This document shows, one piece after another, positions 50,845 to 63,868 of a stretch of DNA of 64,000 nt (its first letter is position 1; the number at the start of each line of letters is the position of its first letter). Below the pieces are notes generated by a model. The model searched no databases, was not told the DNA's origin, and worked only from the letters and a program-made list of their open reading frames with translations. The stretch is from Ostreococcus lucimarinus (taxonomy: Eukaryota): NCBI GenBank assembly GCA_000092065.1, contig CP000581.1; one strand, 5' to 3'. A program made the position numbers and the translations under genes.

Positions 50845-51229
50845 CGCGCGCCTCGCGCTCGCGCTCGATCGCGTCGGTCGCGTCGATCGCTCGGCTCGCG
50901 TCGATCGCTCGCGTCGCGTCGGTCGCGTCGGTCGCGTCGATCACTCGCGCGGCGTCCATCGCTCGCGAGGCGTTTTCGCCGTTTCTTTCCCATCGCGCGC
51001 GCGGTCGATCGGTCGACGACGTCAGCGTCAGCCCTATCGCGCGCGTCGCGATCGTCGCGCCGCACACGCGCGCGAGCGCGGTGGAAATCTCGGGTCTCGC
51101 GCGTCGACGCGCGCGCGAACGATGCGCGGCGTCGCGGTGGCGCCGACGCGGTGCGCGACGCGCGCGCGCGGCGACGCGACGCGCGGCACGGCGACGCGCG
51201 CGGGACGCGCGACGCGACGGGGACGCGCG

Positions 51230-51820
51230 ATGGCGCGGACGGGCGACGACGAGGCGGCGAACGCGAAGGCGAGCGCGAGCGCGGGGAAGAAGTGCGCGGC
51301 GGTCGTCGCGGGATGCGCGATGGCGCTCGCGATGGCGAGCGCGCGGGTCGCGGTGGCGGATTCGCTGCCGGATGAAGTCGACGTCAAGGTGCTGTGCGAC
51401 GCGGCGTGCGAAAAGCGGTTGGAGAGTCAAGAGTTTAAGACGACGAAGAGCGGGCTGAGGTACAAGGAAATCAAGGAAGGCGACGGGATGGAACCGCCGG
51501 TTGGGTTCCAGGTCGTCGTGGATTACATCGCCATGGATGAAAAGGGACGAATTTTCGATAACAGCTTGGCCAAGGGCAAGCCGAACGATATTCGCGTCGT
51601 CGACTGCGTGGGTTCGGGCGATTTTGATTCCTGCACCGTGATTCCGGGCATGGACGAGGGGCTGCTGACGATGAAGTCTGGTGGTGTTCGTAGGTTGTAC
51701 ATTCCGGGCGAGCTGTCGTTTCCGAAAGGGTTGGCGAGCGCGCCGGGTCGACCAAAGGTGCCGCCGTTTTCGCCAGTCGTCTTCGACGTCAATCTCTTGT
51801 ACATCCCGGGTTTCGATTAG
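51230..51820 (+). CDS. FKBP-type peptidyl-prolyl cis-trans isomerase with an N-terminal targeting or signal region (thylakoid-lumen-type architecture)
   Basis: FKBP domain GLRYKEIKEGDGMEPPVGFQVVVDYIAMDEKGRIFDNS...VIPGMDEGLLTMKSGGVRRLYIPGELSF. The hydrophobic AAVVAGCAMALAMASA precedes it. The ORF-track portion 50648-51229 overlaps the DnaJ gene and is rejected. Confidence 0.85.
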   Translation: MARTGDDEAANAKASASAGKKCAAVVAGCAMALAMASARVAVADSLPDEVDVKVLCDAACEKRLESQEFKTTKSGLRYKEIKEGDGMEPPVGFQVVVDYIAMDEKGRIFDNSLAKGKPNDIRVVDCVGSGDFDSCTVIPGMDEGLLTMKSGGVRRLYIPGELSFPKGLASAPGRPKVPPFSPVVFDVNLLYIPGFD

Positions 51821-51901
51821 GAGGTTTCGCGTCATAATAACAAACATCAAAGTCAACATTACTCTCATATAAATTCGTTCCTATATGAAAAAAGTCGTGC
51901 C

Positions 51902-54223
<2,322 letters not shown>

Positions 54224-54291
54224 TGGACGCGATGCAATATAAATTAATATTCGCTGAAACAACGCGCGCGTCTCGTCGGCGCAACTCGCAC

Positions 54292-55746
54292 TCAGTGATC
54301 GTCGTGATCGTGGTCGTGGGGATGCGCCGGCGCGCCGCTCAGGAGAAATTTCGTGTTGGAGAAATCCTGCAGCAGCGGATTGTACCCGCTTCCGGTGACC
54401 GTGGCCGCGACGTCGGCGTAGTCCGTCATGAACTTTTTCGTCGTCACTATTGTACACAGCCGCGCGTTGGCGCGATGGGTGTTTTGACTTGACGTCGCGA
54501 AGTCGATCGCTCGCAACGTGTCAAAGCACGTCGGAAAGAAGACGTCAGCCGATCCCGCCAGTCGCTCGGGCAAGAGATATGTGTCGTGATCGTCGGTTTG
54601 CCCGCCCACGCGCTGAGTTGCGACGAGAGGCGCGTTCACGCCTTCGATGCGCACGTTTGGTAGGGTGTCGAAATCCGCCGCGATGAAACGATGGTTCGGG
54701 CGCTTGGCGTGCAACGTCTCCATGAGTTGCATCGAGCCAGTGGGAACGAACCATGTTTCGTCCCCGCTCGACGCCAAAGAAGTAAGCGCGCGACGAATCG
54801 AGTGCATGAACCCGCGTGGGTTGTACGCGCCACCATCACCGTCCACGGCTAAGTCTGCGGTCAAATCGATCGCCTGCAACGTTCTCTGAATCAACGCATC
54901 CGCGAGCGGTGCCTCGCGTTGCGCGAGCTCGCCGGTCGTCAAATTTCTCACTATTTCCGTTTGCATCCATTCACCTTCACCGCGTTTAGGCCGCCACACC
55001 CTGTCGTGTGGTAGGTTATCCAACACCTCGAGCGCGATGACGAAACAGGTCTCCTCGTTCGTCGCGCCCCACGTTTGGAGACTCGTCGCGTCGCCCACCG
55101 TCGCGTCGTGGACGTCATTCGCGTGTCCCGAACGCCGCACGCGGTTGAGCTGGTCATCACACAGCCTTTTACTAATATCAATCGACGTATACCTCATCTT
55201 TTCGTACACTTTCGGCGCCTCTCTTTTCACCGCGTCTAAAAATCCACTCGCAAACGTACCCGCGCCGCCGCCGATTTCGTACACACGCAACGGCTCCAAC
55301 GCCTCGTCATCGCCGCAATCGCCCCGATGCGTCTCTAATACATATCGCACCAACGCATCGGCGTAATGTGGGGCGAAGATCTCTCCCGGCGTCAACCATT
55401 GCGCGCCTAAACGCGCGTATCGCCGGTTGAGCTCGCCAAAGTAATCATCTTGTCCCCGTAGCGCCTTGAAATCGATCGCGCCTTCGTCCATCGTCCCCAC
55501 GGGCGCGCTCGTTTTGCGATCATTGGTAAAGTACCCTTTGTTCGGCGCGTACAGCGCGTCGTGGAGGTGCTCGCGCAGCAGCGTGCGCTTCGCCTCGGAC
55601 GGTTTCGTCTCGTTCGACGGTTTCGACCGACGCGACGACGTCGACGCCTCGCGCGACGCGTCGTTCGCGAGAAAGACGTCCGAACGCGCGCCGCGCGCGA
55701 GCAGAGATGTGATTTCTCGCGCTCGGCGCGCGCGACGCGCGAGCAT
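54292..55746 (-). CDS. NDUFAF7/MidA-like (DUF185) SAM-dependent methyltransferase, probable mitochondrial
   Basis: PNKGYFTND resembles the PAKGYY of NDUFAF7. The Rossmann motif VYEIGGGAGTFASGFLDAV aligns with LVELGPGRGTL..DIL. The N-terminus is presequence-like. Confidence 0.6.
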   Translation of the reverse strand: MLARRARRAREITSLLARGARSDVFLANDASREASTSSRRSKPSNETKPSEAKRTLLREHLHDALYAPNKGYFTNDRKTSAPVGTMDEGAIDFKALRGQDDYFGELNRRYARLGAQWLTPGEIFAPHYADALVRYVLETHRGDCGDDEALEPLRVYEIGGGAGTFASGFLDAVKREAPKVYEKMRYTSIDISKRLCDDQLNRVRRSGHANDVHDATVGDATSLQTWGATNEETCFVIALEVLDNLPHDRVWRPKRGEGEWMQTEIVRNLTTGELAQREAPLADALIQRTLQAIDLTADLAVDGDGGAYNPRGFMHSIRRALTSLASSGDETWFVPTGSMQLMETLHAKRPNHRFIAADFDTLPNVRIEGVNAPLVATQRVGGQTDDHDTYLLPERLAGSADVFFPTCFDTLRAIDFATSSQNTHRANARLCTIVTTKKFMTDYADVAATVTGSGYNPLLQDFSNTKFLLSGAPAHPHDHDHDDH

Positions 55747-55897
55747 CGCGCGCGGTGGCGACGACGACGGCGTCGATGACCAGTCGCGCGTCGCGCACTG
55801 GGGGCGTCGCGCTCGAGCGACGACGTCGACGAAGATTCGATCGACGATCGTGCGCGTCCGTGGAACGAATGAATGGTTCGTGCGAATGATGACAACA

Positions 55898-58444
55898 CTA
55901 AAGCTTCGAGCGGCGAATCTCCATCTTCGCTATGGTTTCTAAGTGCACCTCATCCGGCCCGTCGGCGAGGCGGAGGGTGCGGGCGCCGGCGTAGAGACGG
56001 GCAAGAGGAGTGTCCTGACTCACGCCGGCACCGCCGTGGATTTGGATGGCGGCGTCGATGACGGAAAGCGCTGCGGCCGGTGCGGCCACTTTACAGGCAG
56101 CCACGGCGCCTCGAGCGAGTTTGATACCTCGCGCGTCGAGTTCGTGCGCGGCTTGCAGCGTGAGCAATCGAGCGCCGTCCAGCGTGACGCGACATTGACC
56201 GAGTCTTTGGAGTACTGCCCCGTTTTCCGCGAGTGGTTTGCCGAAGGCGACTCGAGATTTTGCTCTCGCGCTTGCGAGTTCCAACGCGCGCTCACCCATG
56301 CCGATCAATCGCATGCAATGATGTAATCGTCCCGGACCCAGACGACCCTGGGCGATTTCAAAACCGCGCCCTTCGCCGAGTAATATGCTCGCCGCGGCGT
56401 CGACGCGCACATTGGTGAACGTCACCTCGGCGTGTCCGTGCGGGGCATCGTCGTACCCGAAAACGGTCAACGGACGAACGACGCGCACGCCCGGGGCATC
56501 CATCGGACACAGCACCATGCTCTGTTGGCGATGCTTCGCCACGCCCGATCCATCTTTTGCGGTTTTGCCCATGAAAATAATAACCTTACACCTCGGATCG
56601 CACGCCCCCGAGGTCCACCATTTGCGTCCGTTCAAGACGTAATCTGATCCTTCGCGCGCGATGGCGCTCTCGATGTTCGTCGCGTCCGAGCTCGCGACTG
56701 CGGGCTCGGTCATGGCGAAGCACGATCGTATTTCACCGGTGAGCAACGGGCGCAACCATCGCTCTTGCTGCTCTACCGAGCCGTATCGCAACAAAACCTC
56801 CATATTGCCCGTATCAGGCGCAGAACAATTGAATGCCTCGCTCGCCCAAACACTCGCGCCCATGACTTCGGCGAGATACGCGTATTCGAGATTCGTCAGT
56901 CCTGGACCCGCGAACAGCGTCGACTCTTCGCCGTCGTTGGGGCGAATTTTCAATAGCGCCGCGCTGTCGAGGGGCAGCCACAAGTTCCACAACCCAGCGC
57001 TTTTAGCCGCAGTCTTCAATGATTCCACCGCGGGCGATACGCTCCATCGTTCAGGCGTGATGGCGTGCGCCTCGAGTTCTTCCTCCGCCTTGTACACGTG
57101 CGCGTGCATGAAGTGCTTGAGCTTGTTCAGCAACGACGCCGCTTTGGCGCTCGGCTCAAATCCTACCGCGGTAGCTGACGTCGTTTCCGAGCGATGCGCG
57201 AGATCGTTGACACCCCGCGGCACGTTCGCACCCTTAACCACCAATAACGCGCGCCTGGCGAAGACGTCTACGAGCTGTCCCATTTCGTGCGCGTTTGCAC
57301 TCGACGCGTTGCCTTGCATCGCGCGCGCGCGCACCCCAGCGAGAATCGCAGCTCCTCGAAACAATGAAAGCGCGATATAAAACGGCCACGTCGTCGAGGC
57401 GCCTTCCGTCATAGGGTTCGGAAGCCCGCTTGCGCGCGACCAAGAGCGCACGTACGCGCCGACGTCTGGTACGCCTCGCGGTAAATTCGCGGGGTCCAGC
57501 GTAGGGTAGAGCTCCAACCCGGGAGGCAAATAATAAGGCAAACAATTGAACGCCACATCCGCGTATGGCGCACCCAGAGTGCTCAATTCCCAATCTAAAA
57601 CCGCCAAAACGTCGACTTGGTCGTCGCCGTTCGAGCGCGCGCGACTCAGGACCAAGTTGTCCAATCGAAAGTCGCCGTGCACCAACCGCCCGCTAATCTC
57701 TTTCGCCGGCGCGTTCGAGCGCAGCCAAGCGATCAAAGTCATCATGGATTCTTCTGCGTGTACGCCGACCCCCGGTCCCACGCTCGCTTCGTACTGTTTC
57801 GCCCACCGTTCCGTCTGTCGCTCGCCGTAGCGCTCGGCTTTACCGAAATCGCCCAACCCCACCGCGCGCGGGTCCACCGCGTGCAGCGTCCCGAGCGTTC
57901 GCGCCATCTTCTCGTACACCGCTCCGCGACGACGCTCCGAGCATTCCTCCATGCGCGGTTGCAAATAAATATCCCCATCGACGTAAGACATGACGTAAAA
58001 GGCCTCGCCCAGCACGCGCGCGTCCTCGCACAGCGCGAGCGCGTCGGGCGTCGGCACGTTCGTCGTACGCAGCGCCCGCATCACGGCGTATTCGCGCTCG
58101 ACCGCGTGCGCGGACTTCAGCAACGTTCCCGCCGGTTTCTTTCGCACGACGTACGTCCCGCAGACGTCACCGCGGCGCGTCAGCGCGAGGATCTTATACG
58201 TCGGGTTCGACTGTCCGTGCGCAAACTGGTCGACGTCGAGCGACGCGCACGCGCGAGGGAACCCGGGTACGCGCGCGCGACAGAAGCGCAGAAGCGCGGT
58301 CTCGTCGATCGGGTGGCGACATTTCCCCATCGCGCGCGTCGAAGTATGGGAACCGCGTTGGAGCGTGGTTTGGTTTTGCTTGTTATTACTCGCGACGGCG
58401 ACGGCCGCTACGAAAGTCTTGGTTGGCGCGCGAGCGGCGTGCAT
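55898..58444 (-). CDS. ACAD10/ACAD11-like fusion protein: N-terminal aminoglycoside-phosphotransferase (APH) kinase-like domain plus C-terminal acyl-CoA dehydrogenase
   Basis: The APH domain carries catalytic [13 protein letters not shown] and DWELSTLG. The ACAD domain includes the GGAGVSQD-type FAD region. A likely start is the internal [10 protein letters not shown]. Confidence 0.85.
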   Translation of the reverse strand: MHAARAPTKTFVAAVAVASNNKQNQTTLQRGSHTSTRAMGKCRHPIDETALLRFCRARVPGFPRACASLDVDQFAHGQSNPTYKILALTRRGDVCGTYVVRKKPAGTLLKSAHAVEREYAVMRALRTTNVPTPDALALCEDARVLGEAFYVMSYVDGDIYLQPRMEECSERRRGAVYEKMARTLGTLHAVDPRAVGLGDFGKAERYGERQTERWAKQYEASVGPGVGVHAEESMMTLIAWLRSNAPAKEISGRLVHGDFRLDNLVLSRARSNGDDQVDVLAVLDWELSTLGAPYADVAFNCLPYYLPPGLELYPTLDPANLPRGVPDVGAYVRSWSRASGLPNPMTEGASTTWPFYIALSLFRGAAILAGVRARAMQGNASSANAHEMGQLVDVFARRALLVVKGANVPRGVNDLAHRSETTSATAVGFEPSAKAASLLNKLKHFMHAHVYKAEEELEAHAITPERWSVSPAVESLKTAAKSAGLWNLWLPLDSAALLKIRPNDGEESTLFAGPGLTNLEYAYLAEVMGASVWASEAFNCSAPDTGNMEVLLRYGSVEQQERWLRPLLTGEIRSCFAMTEPAVASSDATNIESAIAREGSDYVLNGRKWWTSGACDPRCKVIIFMGKTAKDGSGVAKHRQQSMVLCPMDAPGVRVVRPLTVFGYDDAPHGHAEVTFTNVRVDAAASILLGEGRGFEIAQGRLGPGRLHHCMRLIGMGERALELASARAKSRVAFGKPLAENGAVLQRLGQCRVTLDGARLLTLQAAHELDARGIKLARGAVAACKVAAPAAALSVIDAAIQIHGGAGVSQDTPLARLYAGARTLRLADGPDEVHLETIAKMEIRRSKL

Positions 58445-58463
58445 AGATAAGTGTGAAGAGATA

Positions 58464-59558
58464 TCAATCGTCTTCTTCTTGGAGCAAGAGATAGTAGGCG
58501 AACGCGCACAAGCCGATGAAGGCGAACGGCGCGGCGCCGGCGCCGTATTCTTGCTTTTTGACGTTGCGGAACGAGTTGCGATCGAGCGCGCCAGAATACT
58601 TCTTGCGCTGCGCCGGCGCCGCCGCGGGCTTGGGCTTTGCGGTAGCCTTCACCTTGGACCCGGATTTCTTCGCCGCGTACGATTTCTTCGCCGTCGATCG
58701 CTTGCTCTTGGCGGCGTACGGAGACGGCGCGTCGCGGTTGCGGAACGCTTCGAGTTCAGCCTCCTTCTCCTCGGGCGTCTTTGATCGAAGCGCCTCCATG
58801 CGCTCACGCTGCGCGTCACGTCTCGCGCGCGCCGCCGCGGTCTCTTCTTTCGCTTGGCGCGCTCTGGCTTGCAACAGTTCGCGTTGCGCCGCCCGTCGAG
58901 CCTCCACCGCCGCCATCGCCGCGGCGTCTCTCTCCTTAATCTGCGCCCGCAACTTCGCTTGCCTCTCGGAATCTCTCGATTGCACCTCCGCTTGTACCTT
59001 GGCCAACCGCGCCGCGTTTTCCTCGCGCTTCTGTTGCGCCCTCAACGTCGCGTCGCTCGGCCCGTTCGCGCTCGGCGCGCTCGTCTTCGTCTTCGTCTTC
59101 GTCTTCGTCTTCGTCGATCCCCCATCGTTCGCGTCCGCGCCCGCCCCGACGAGCGCGCGCCAATTCCACGATTCAAACTCCTTCAAATCCTTATCGTCCT
59201 CAAGCGCCGGCGCGACGGATTCTTCCGAGTCCTCCACCGCCCTCGCGTACAGCGTCGCCGCGTCGAGCGTCTCCGCGCTCGCGTCCCCCCCCGCCTCCTC
59301 CGCGCGCGCGTCCCCGACGCTCGACATCGCCAGCGCCGCGCTCGCGACGACCGCCGCGACGTCCCGCATCGTCCATCGCGCCTTTTCGTCCTCCCACCGT
59401 CCCGCGCGCGTCACCGCGCGTCGCGTCTCGTCGGCATTCGCATTCGCGTTCGCGTTCGATCGATGAATCCGACGCGTCGATTTCGTCGTTCGTCGCGCGC
59501 CGGACGCGCGTCCCGCGTCGGCGACGCCGCGCGTCGTCGCGCGCGTCGTCGCCCGCAT
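58464..59558 (-). CDS. Hypothetical coiled-coil protein with a C-terminal hydrophobic tail anchor
   Basis: ORF with a long charged helical region ([42 protein letters not shown]...). The terminal segment is [21 protein letters not shown] (KT)n segment comes from an acgaag repeat. Confidence 0.45.
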   Translation of the reverse strand: MRATTRATTRGVADAGRASGARRTTKSTRRIHRSNANANANADETRRAVTRAGRWEDEKARWTMRDVAAVVASAALAMSSVGDARAEEAGGDASAETLDAATLYARAVEDSEESVAPALEDDKDLKEFESWNWRALVGAGADANDGGSTKTKTKTKTKTSAPSANGPSDATLRAQQKREENAARLAKVQAEVQSRDSERQAKLRAQIKERDAAAMAAVEARRAAQRELLQARARQAKEETAAARARRDAQRERMEALRSKTPEEKEAELEAFRNRDAPSPYAAKSKRSTAKKSYAAKKSGSKVKATAKPKPAAAPAQRKKYSGALDRNSFRNVKKQEYGAGAAPFAFIGLCAFAYYLLLQEEDD

Positions 59559-60020
59559 CCCGATCGTCGCTCGCCCTCGCGCGTCGCGACGCGTCGGCCG
59601 ATGTCGTCACCGGACGCGATCGTTCGCCGTTCGAGCGCGGTCGGTCGGTCGTTCGGTCGCGCGCGCGCGTCGCGTCGCGTCGTCCGTCGCGCGCGCGGGC
59701 GATCGCGCGCGGCGATCGGCGCGACGCGACGCGCGCGACCGCTCGCGATCACGCGTCGCGCGTCGCGCGCCGCGCGCGAATCTCGAGCCGGCGCCGTCGC
59801 GCCGGCGCGGCGTCCGGCGCGCGCGCGCGTCGCGACGACGCGACGTACGCGACGTTGGCGCACGCGAGGAGGGCGAGCGCGGCGTACGCGGCGCCCTTGC
59901 CCGGCGGGCGCGCCCGCGCGAGGACGTACCCGAACGTCGCGCCGTCCGTCGCGCGCGCGCGACGACGTGACGACGCGACGACGCGACGACGCACGACGCG
60001 ACGCGACGACGCGACGCGCG

Positions 60021-61013
60021 ATGGCGACGGCGCGCGCGCGACGCGCGAGCGCGTCCGCGTGGCGCGTCGCGGCGCTCGCGTGCGCGCTCGCGTGCGCGGC
60101 GTGCGGCGCGTACGCGGCGAGCGCGCGCGACGCGAGTTCGTTGTTCGACGGCGTCGCGAGGCGACGGCGCGGACGACGCGGGACGGCGCGCGACGGCGAC
60201 GGCGCGGACGACGACGACGGCGACGACGACGCGCGAGTTCCCGCGTCGTCGACGGTGTGGACGCGGCGCGCGCTGTCGGTGCTGGTGCCGCTGCGCGGCG
60301 TCGCGCGGCGGTGGTTGTTGGGCGAGGGCGCGCGCGCGAGCGGCGCGTTCGTCGATCCGTCGCTGCCGATATACGTCGCGGGCGCGACGTCGTGCCGAGC
60401 GCTGGAGCGAAGGCTGGGGAAAGAGCTGTGGGTGTGGTTCGTCGACGCGATCGGGATCGGGCGGGCGAGCGCGGGGCGGGCGAGGTTGACGAGCGTGCTG
60501 CGAGACGCGAGGACGACGGAGGCGTTGGACGAGACGTTCGATGAATTAGCGAAGAGGTACCCGCGAGGACGATGCGAGGATGACGACGATGAGGGCGACG
60601 CGCGCGCGGTGAGCCTGAGCGCGGAGGGGCTGATTAAGTTTAGCGACGGGATACGCGGGTCGATTCGGAACGTCATGGCGCTTCGACCGGAAGCCGTGGC
60701 GATTCAGCCCGCGAGCGCGAGCGAGCACGCCTTCTTGCGGGATAACTTTGATTTATTGTTCCCGTCCACCGATCCCTTGGATCGGTCGACGTTTCACGCG
60801 CTGGCGAAGCTCATTTTAGTGCGCCGCATCGTCAAGGCGTTGGTCACGGATTTCGGCGGCGTCGAACGCATTCGACGCGGACTCGCCGAGCCGCTCGTCA
60901 TCGACGTCCAAGTCGTCGTCGAGGGCGACGTGGTGTTTCGCGTGCACACGGTCGCGCCGAAAAGTGACGCCGTGAGCGGCGTGGGACAGCGTTTAGGGGT
61001 AATTTCCGAATAG
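60021..61013 (+). CDS. Hypothetical secreted or signal-peptide protein (330 aa)
   Basis: In-frame ATG at 60021 gives [32 protein letters not shown] (signal-peptide-like). The ORF track upstream of it (58854-60020) is low-complexity antisense to the previous gene. Confidence 0.4.
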   Translation: MATARARRASASAWRVAALACALACAACGAYAASARDASSLFDGVARRRRGRRGTARDGDGADDDDGDDDARVPASSTVWTRRALSVLVPLRGVARRWLLGEGARASGAFVDPSLPIYVAGATSCRALERRLGKELWVWFVDAIGIGRASAGRARLTSVLRDARTTEALDETFDELAKRYPRGRCEDDDDEGDARAVSLSAEGLIKFSDGIRGSIRNVMALRPEAVAIQPASASEHAFLRDNFDLLFPSTDPLDRSTFHALAKLILVRRIVKALVTDFGGVERIRRGLAEPLVIDVQVVVEGDVVFRVHTVAPKSDAVSGVGQRLGVISE

Positions 61014-61052
61014 CCGAGCGTCGCGCTCGACGCGGCGAAGTAGAAAAAAGTT

Positions 61053-62150
61053 GTGATGAGTCCGTCGCGCGCGCCATCCGCCGCCGCGCGCGACCGCGCG
61101 CGCGAGGCGCGCGACGCGTCCATCGGCGCGCGCGTCGCGTCGCGCATCTCGGATCTCGACGCCAGGACGTCGCGCGGTGTCTCGTCCGCGTCGAGTGTCA
61201 ACGGACTCGGTTTGTTTAGTGTTGCGACGCCGCACGCGCCGCGGACGCGCGCGATGTCGCCGAGCAAGCTCAGGGTGAACACGCAGCGTCTACATCGCGC
61301 GTATTCGAGCGGAGATTTAGGCCGCCGGCCGAAATTCGCCACCAACGTCGCGGTGCTGCTGCTGACAAACGTCGGGCTTTTGTCATTCTTCTTGGGCGGC
61401 GTGTACTTTGTGCTGTCGGGATGGGACCAAACCGCGACGCTGTGCGTCGTCGGGTACGTGTGCTGTGGTTTGGCGTTGGCGATACCGTCGATGACATTCT
61501 CGAAGTCGTTGGATGACGAGAAGGTGGCGTGCGATGACGATGAGGCCAAGCGCGACGAAGACTCGAGGGTGTTGTACCGCGTCTTCGCGGGCGTGCTCAA
61601 CGTCGCGGGTTTAATTTTAGGAATTCTCGGGTCGTTACTGTACAGTCCTGGATTTTGTAAGTGGGCAACGAGTGGGCGATTCGATCCGTACGTGAATGAT
61701 GCTGATTTCGAGACGTTGACCGATCGAGCGAACGTGATTTGGGCGATTTCATTTCTGCTGTTCCCAATCGGCAGCGGGCTCTTCTTGTACGACAGAAAAC
61801 GGACGTTGGAAAAGAGAGCTGCGTTGAAGCAGCGCCGCGCGCCTGGATATTTTTCGCAAGAGCTGTATTTATACACGTGGATTGAGATCGCGCTCGTCGT
61901 ATTCGCCGTCGGCGGCATGCTGTTTTGCTTTGACGACAACGAAGGCCTCCTCGTGGGCTCGCTCGTCCTCTTTTTTATAGGAGGCGGGATCAAGGCTGGT
62001 TTGATGTTCCACGAATTGAGGATGTTCTTTGGTGGCACGTGCGATGCAATGCGTGAGGATCGCGACTCCGACGATTCAGACGAGCGATCGCCGCTGATTG
62101 GGGATAGGGATAACATGTCGGACACGTCGTCCTTGCTCGGCGACGCCTGA
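61053..62150 (+). CDS. Hypothetical polytopic membrane protein (365 aa) with an acidic C-terminal tail; locally lower GC
   Basis: Several hydrophobic helices: VAVLLLTNVGLLSFFLGGVYFVL, CVVGYVCCGLALAIP, LNVAGLILGILGSLLY and IALVVFAVGGMLFCF. The antisense S-rich ORF 60794-62125 is rejected. Confidence 0.5.
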   Translation: MMSPSRAPSAAARDRAREARDASIGARVASRISDLDARTSRGVSSASSVNGLGLFSVATPHAPRTRAMSPSKLRVNTQRLHRAYSSGDLGRRPKFATNVAVLLLTNVGLLSFFLGGVYFVLSGWDQTATLCVVGYVCCGLALAIPSMTFSKSLDDEKVACDDDEAKRDEDSRVLYRVFAGVLNVAGLILGILGSLLYSPGFCKWATSGRFDPYVNDADFETLTDRANVIWAISFLLFPIGSGLFLYDRKRTLEKRAALKQRRAPGYFSQELYLYTWIEIALVVFAVGGMLFCFDDNEGLLVGSLVLFFIGGGIKAGLMFHELRMFFGGTCDAMREDRDSDDSDERSPLIGDRDNMSDTSSLLGDA

Positions 62151-62206
62151 TTTATTTAAGAGCTAGAGTATCCATTAGACGACTTGAAGTAAGATTCTAG
62201 TACGAT

Positions 62207-63868
62207 TTAGGCTACAAACGGACGACTATTCTTGTTTCGAGCCGTCAGCACCTCGACCCCATCGGACGTGATGAGCAGCGTGTGCTCGTACTGCGCGCTT
62301 CGCGCTCCGTTCGTCGTCACCGCCGTCCATCCATCCGGCCAGTGCACGACTTTGTGCGACGATGACTCGTTAAACATGGGCTCGATCGTGAACGTCATTC
62401 CTTCCTTCATCACACCGATCGCCTTATTGCGAGCGTAGTGTGGAACGTTCGGGGCGCAGTGGAAAAGCTGGCCGATGCCGTGCCCGCAAAAGTCCTTCAC
62501 GCTCGCGTATCCGCCTCGGGAAGCTTCCTCGGCGATGATTTCGCCAAGGTCTCTGAATCGTCGACCGGGTCGGCAGTACGCGATGGCCTTTTCCAGGGCT
62601 TTGCGCGTGCAGTCCATGAGCTTCTGCGCCGCTTTCGACTTGGCTCCGCCCTTGCCGACGTAATACGTTTCATTCAAATCGCCGTGGTATCCGTTCAGGC
62701 GAACCGTGATGTCCAAATTGACGATGTCGCCGTCCTCGAGAGGGCGCGCGTCGGGAATGCCGTGACACACGACCTCGTTCACGGATGTGCACAGCGACTT
62801 TGGAAAACCCATGTAGTTGAGCGGCGACGGATACGCGCCGTTTCCAACCGTCACCGCGTGACATATACGATCGAGCTCCTCCGTCGTGACGCCGGGCTCG
62901 AGCGCCCACGCCACTGTATCCATCACGTGTCGCGCCAAAGAACACGCCGCGCGCATCGCCTGTCGAGCCTCATGCGGCTTTACCTCTACGGTGCTTTGGA
63001 ATCGTGACCCAAACTCCTCTTCCGGCCATCCAGAACTGGCGTAATCGGGAGGATTCAACCCGCTCGGGTACGATCGTTTCGCGGTCGTCTTTCGCGGTCG
63101 TAGCTTCCCCGTCCACGCGAACGTGGGCATCTTCCCTGACCTCGAGCTTCGCTTCGCGCCCGCGCTTTGCACGTGAAACGTAAAATCATTTTTGTCCCCG
63201 TCCCACCAATCCATCGTTTTTCGCACTTCATCCAACGTTCGCCACTTCCCCGCCCGCGCCGCCTCGAGTCGAGCCGCCGTCTCCCTCGCGCGCGCGTCCT
63301 CGTTTCCACCCGCCGTCTCCGCGACCTCCCTCGACGCCTCGACGTCCGACCCCCAGGACTCATCGCTGTCGCATCCTTCGTCGTCGCTCGAGTCCACCGC
63401 GCGGATTTCGTGCTCCGTCGTTCCGCGCAGCTCGACCGAGCCGCCGCGCGCGCTAAAGCGCGCGTCCTCGCCCTCGAACACGTGCACGAACGACACGCTC
63501 TCGTGGACGTCGGGAATCAACCGCGCGATGACGAACGAAGGTCCGGAGTCGCATCGCGCGCGCACGGTGACGCGCTTCGCGCCCTCGCGCGCGGAGAGCA
63601 GCGTCACGCCCGTGCACTCGAAGGACGTCTCGCACGCGCCGCCGAGCGTGCGGTGACGGAAATACCGCGGCGCGTCGTCGTCGACTCGAAGCGCGAACGA
63701 CATGATCGAACGTCGACTCGCGGACGCGACGTTCGCGCGGCGTCCAGGCGTCGATCGAGCGCGTCGACGTTCGCGACGGCGCGGGACGCGGAGTGTCGCC
63801 TCGAACCTCTCTCTACTCACACAAAACGCTACGCTACGCGCCCGCGCGACGCCCGCGCGACGCCCCAC
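62207..63868 (-). CDS. Methionine aminopeptidase 1 (M24A, type I) with an unusual N-terminal extension of about 270 aa
   Basis: The catalytic domain is collinear with MetAP1: AYPSPLNYMGFPKSLCTSVNEVVCHGIPDARPLEDGDIVNLDITV..GYHGDLNETYYVG...HGIGQLFHC...TFTIEPM. The N-terminal 270 aa lack the usual MetAP1 zinc fingers. They contain a beta-rich segment (MSFALRVDD...SFVIARL...SFVHVFEGEDARFS) followed by an acidic tract. Confidence 0.85.
   Translation of the reverse strand: MGRRAGVARARSVAFCVSRERFEATLRVPRRRERRRARSTPGRRANVASASRRSIMSFALRVDDDAPRYFRHRTLGGACETSFECTGVTLLSAREGAKRVTVRARCDSGPSFVIARLIPDVHESVSFVHVFEGEDARFSARGGSVELRGTTEHEIRAVDSSDDEGCDSDESWGSDVEASREVAETAGGNEDARARETAARLEAARAGKWRTLDEVRKTMDWWDGDKNDFTFHVQSAGAKRSSRSGKMPTFAWTGKLRPRKTTAKRSYPSGLNPPDYASSGWPEEEFGSRFQSTVEVKPHEARQAMRAACSLARHVMDTVAWALEPGVTTEELDRICHAVTVGNGAYPSPLNYMGFPKSLCTSVNEVVCHGIPDARPLEDGDIVNLDITVRLNGYHGDLNETYYVGKGGAKSKAAQKLMDCTRKALEKAIAYCRPGRRFRDLGEIIAEEASRGGYASVKDFCGHGIGQLFHCAPNVPHYARNKAIGVMKEGMTFTIEPMFNESSSHKVVHWPDGWTAVTTNGARSAQYEHTLLITSDGVEVLTARNKNSRPFVA

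Noticed and set aside
50648-51229. 5' extension of the FKBP ORF
   Set aside because: It overlaps the TPR-DnaJ gene on the opposite strand and is R-rich low complexity. The FKBP has a plausible start at ATG 51230 with a hydrophobic targeting segment.
58854-60020. N-terminal 389 codons of a 719-aa plus-strand ORF
   Set aside because: R/P-rich low complexity. It is antisense to the coiled-coil gene at 58464-59558. A signal-peptide-like start exists at 60021.
60794-62125. 443-aa minus-strand S-rich ORF
   Set aside because: It is antisense to a plus-strand ORF with clear TM helices. Its own composition is S/T/P low complexity with no structure.
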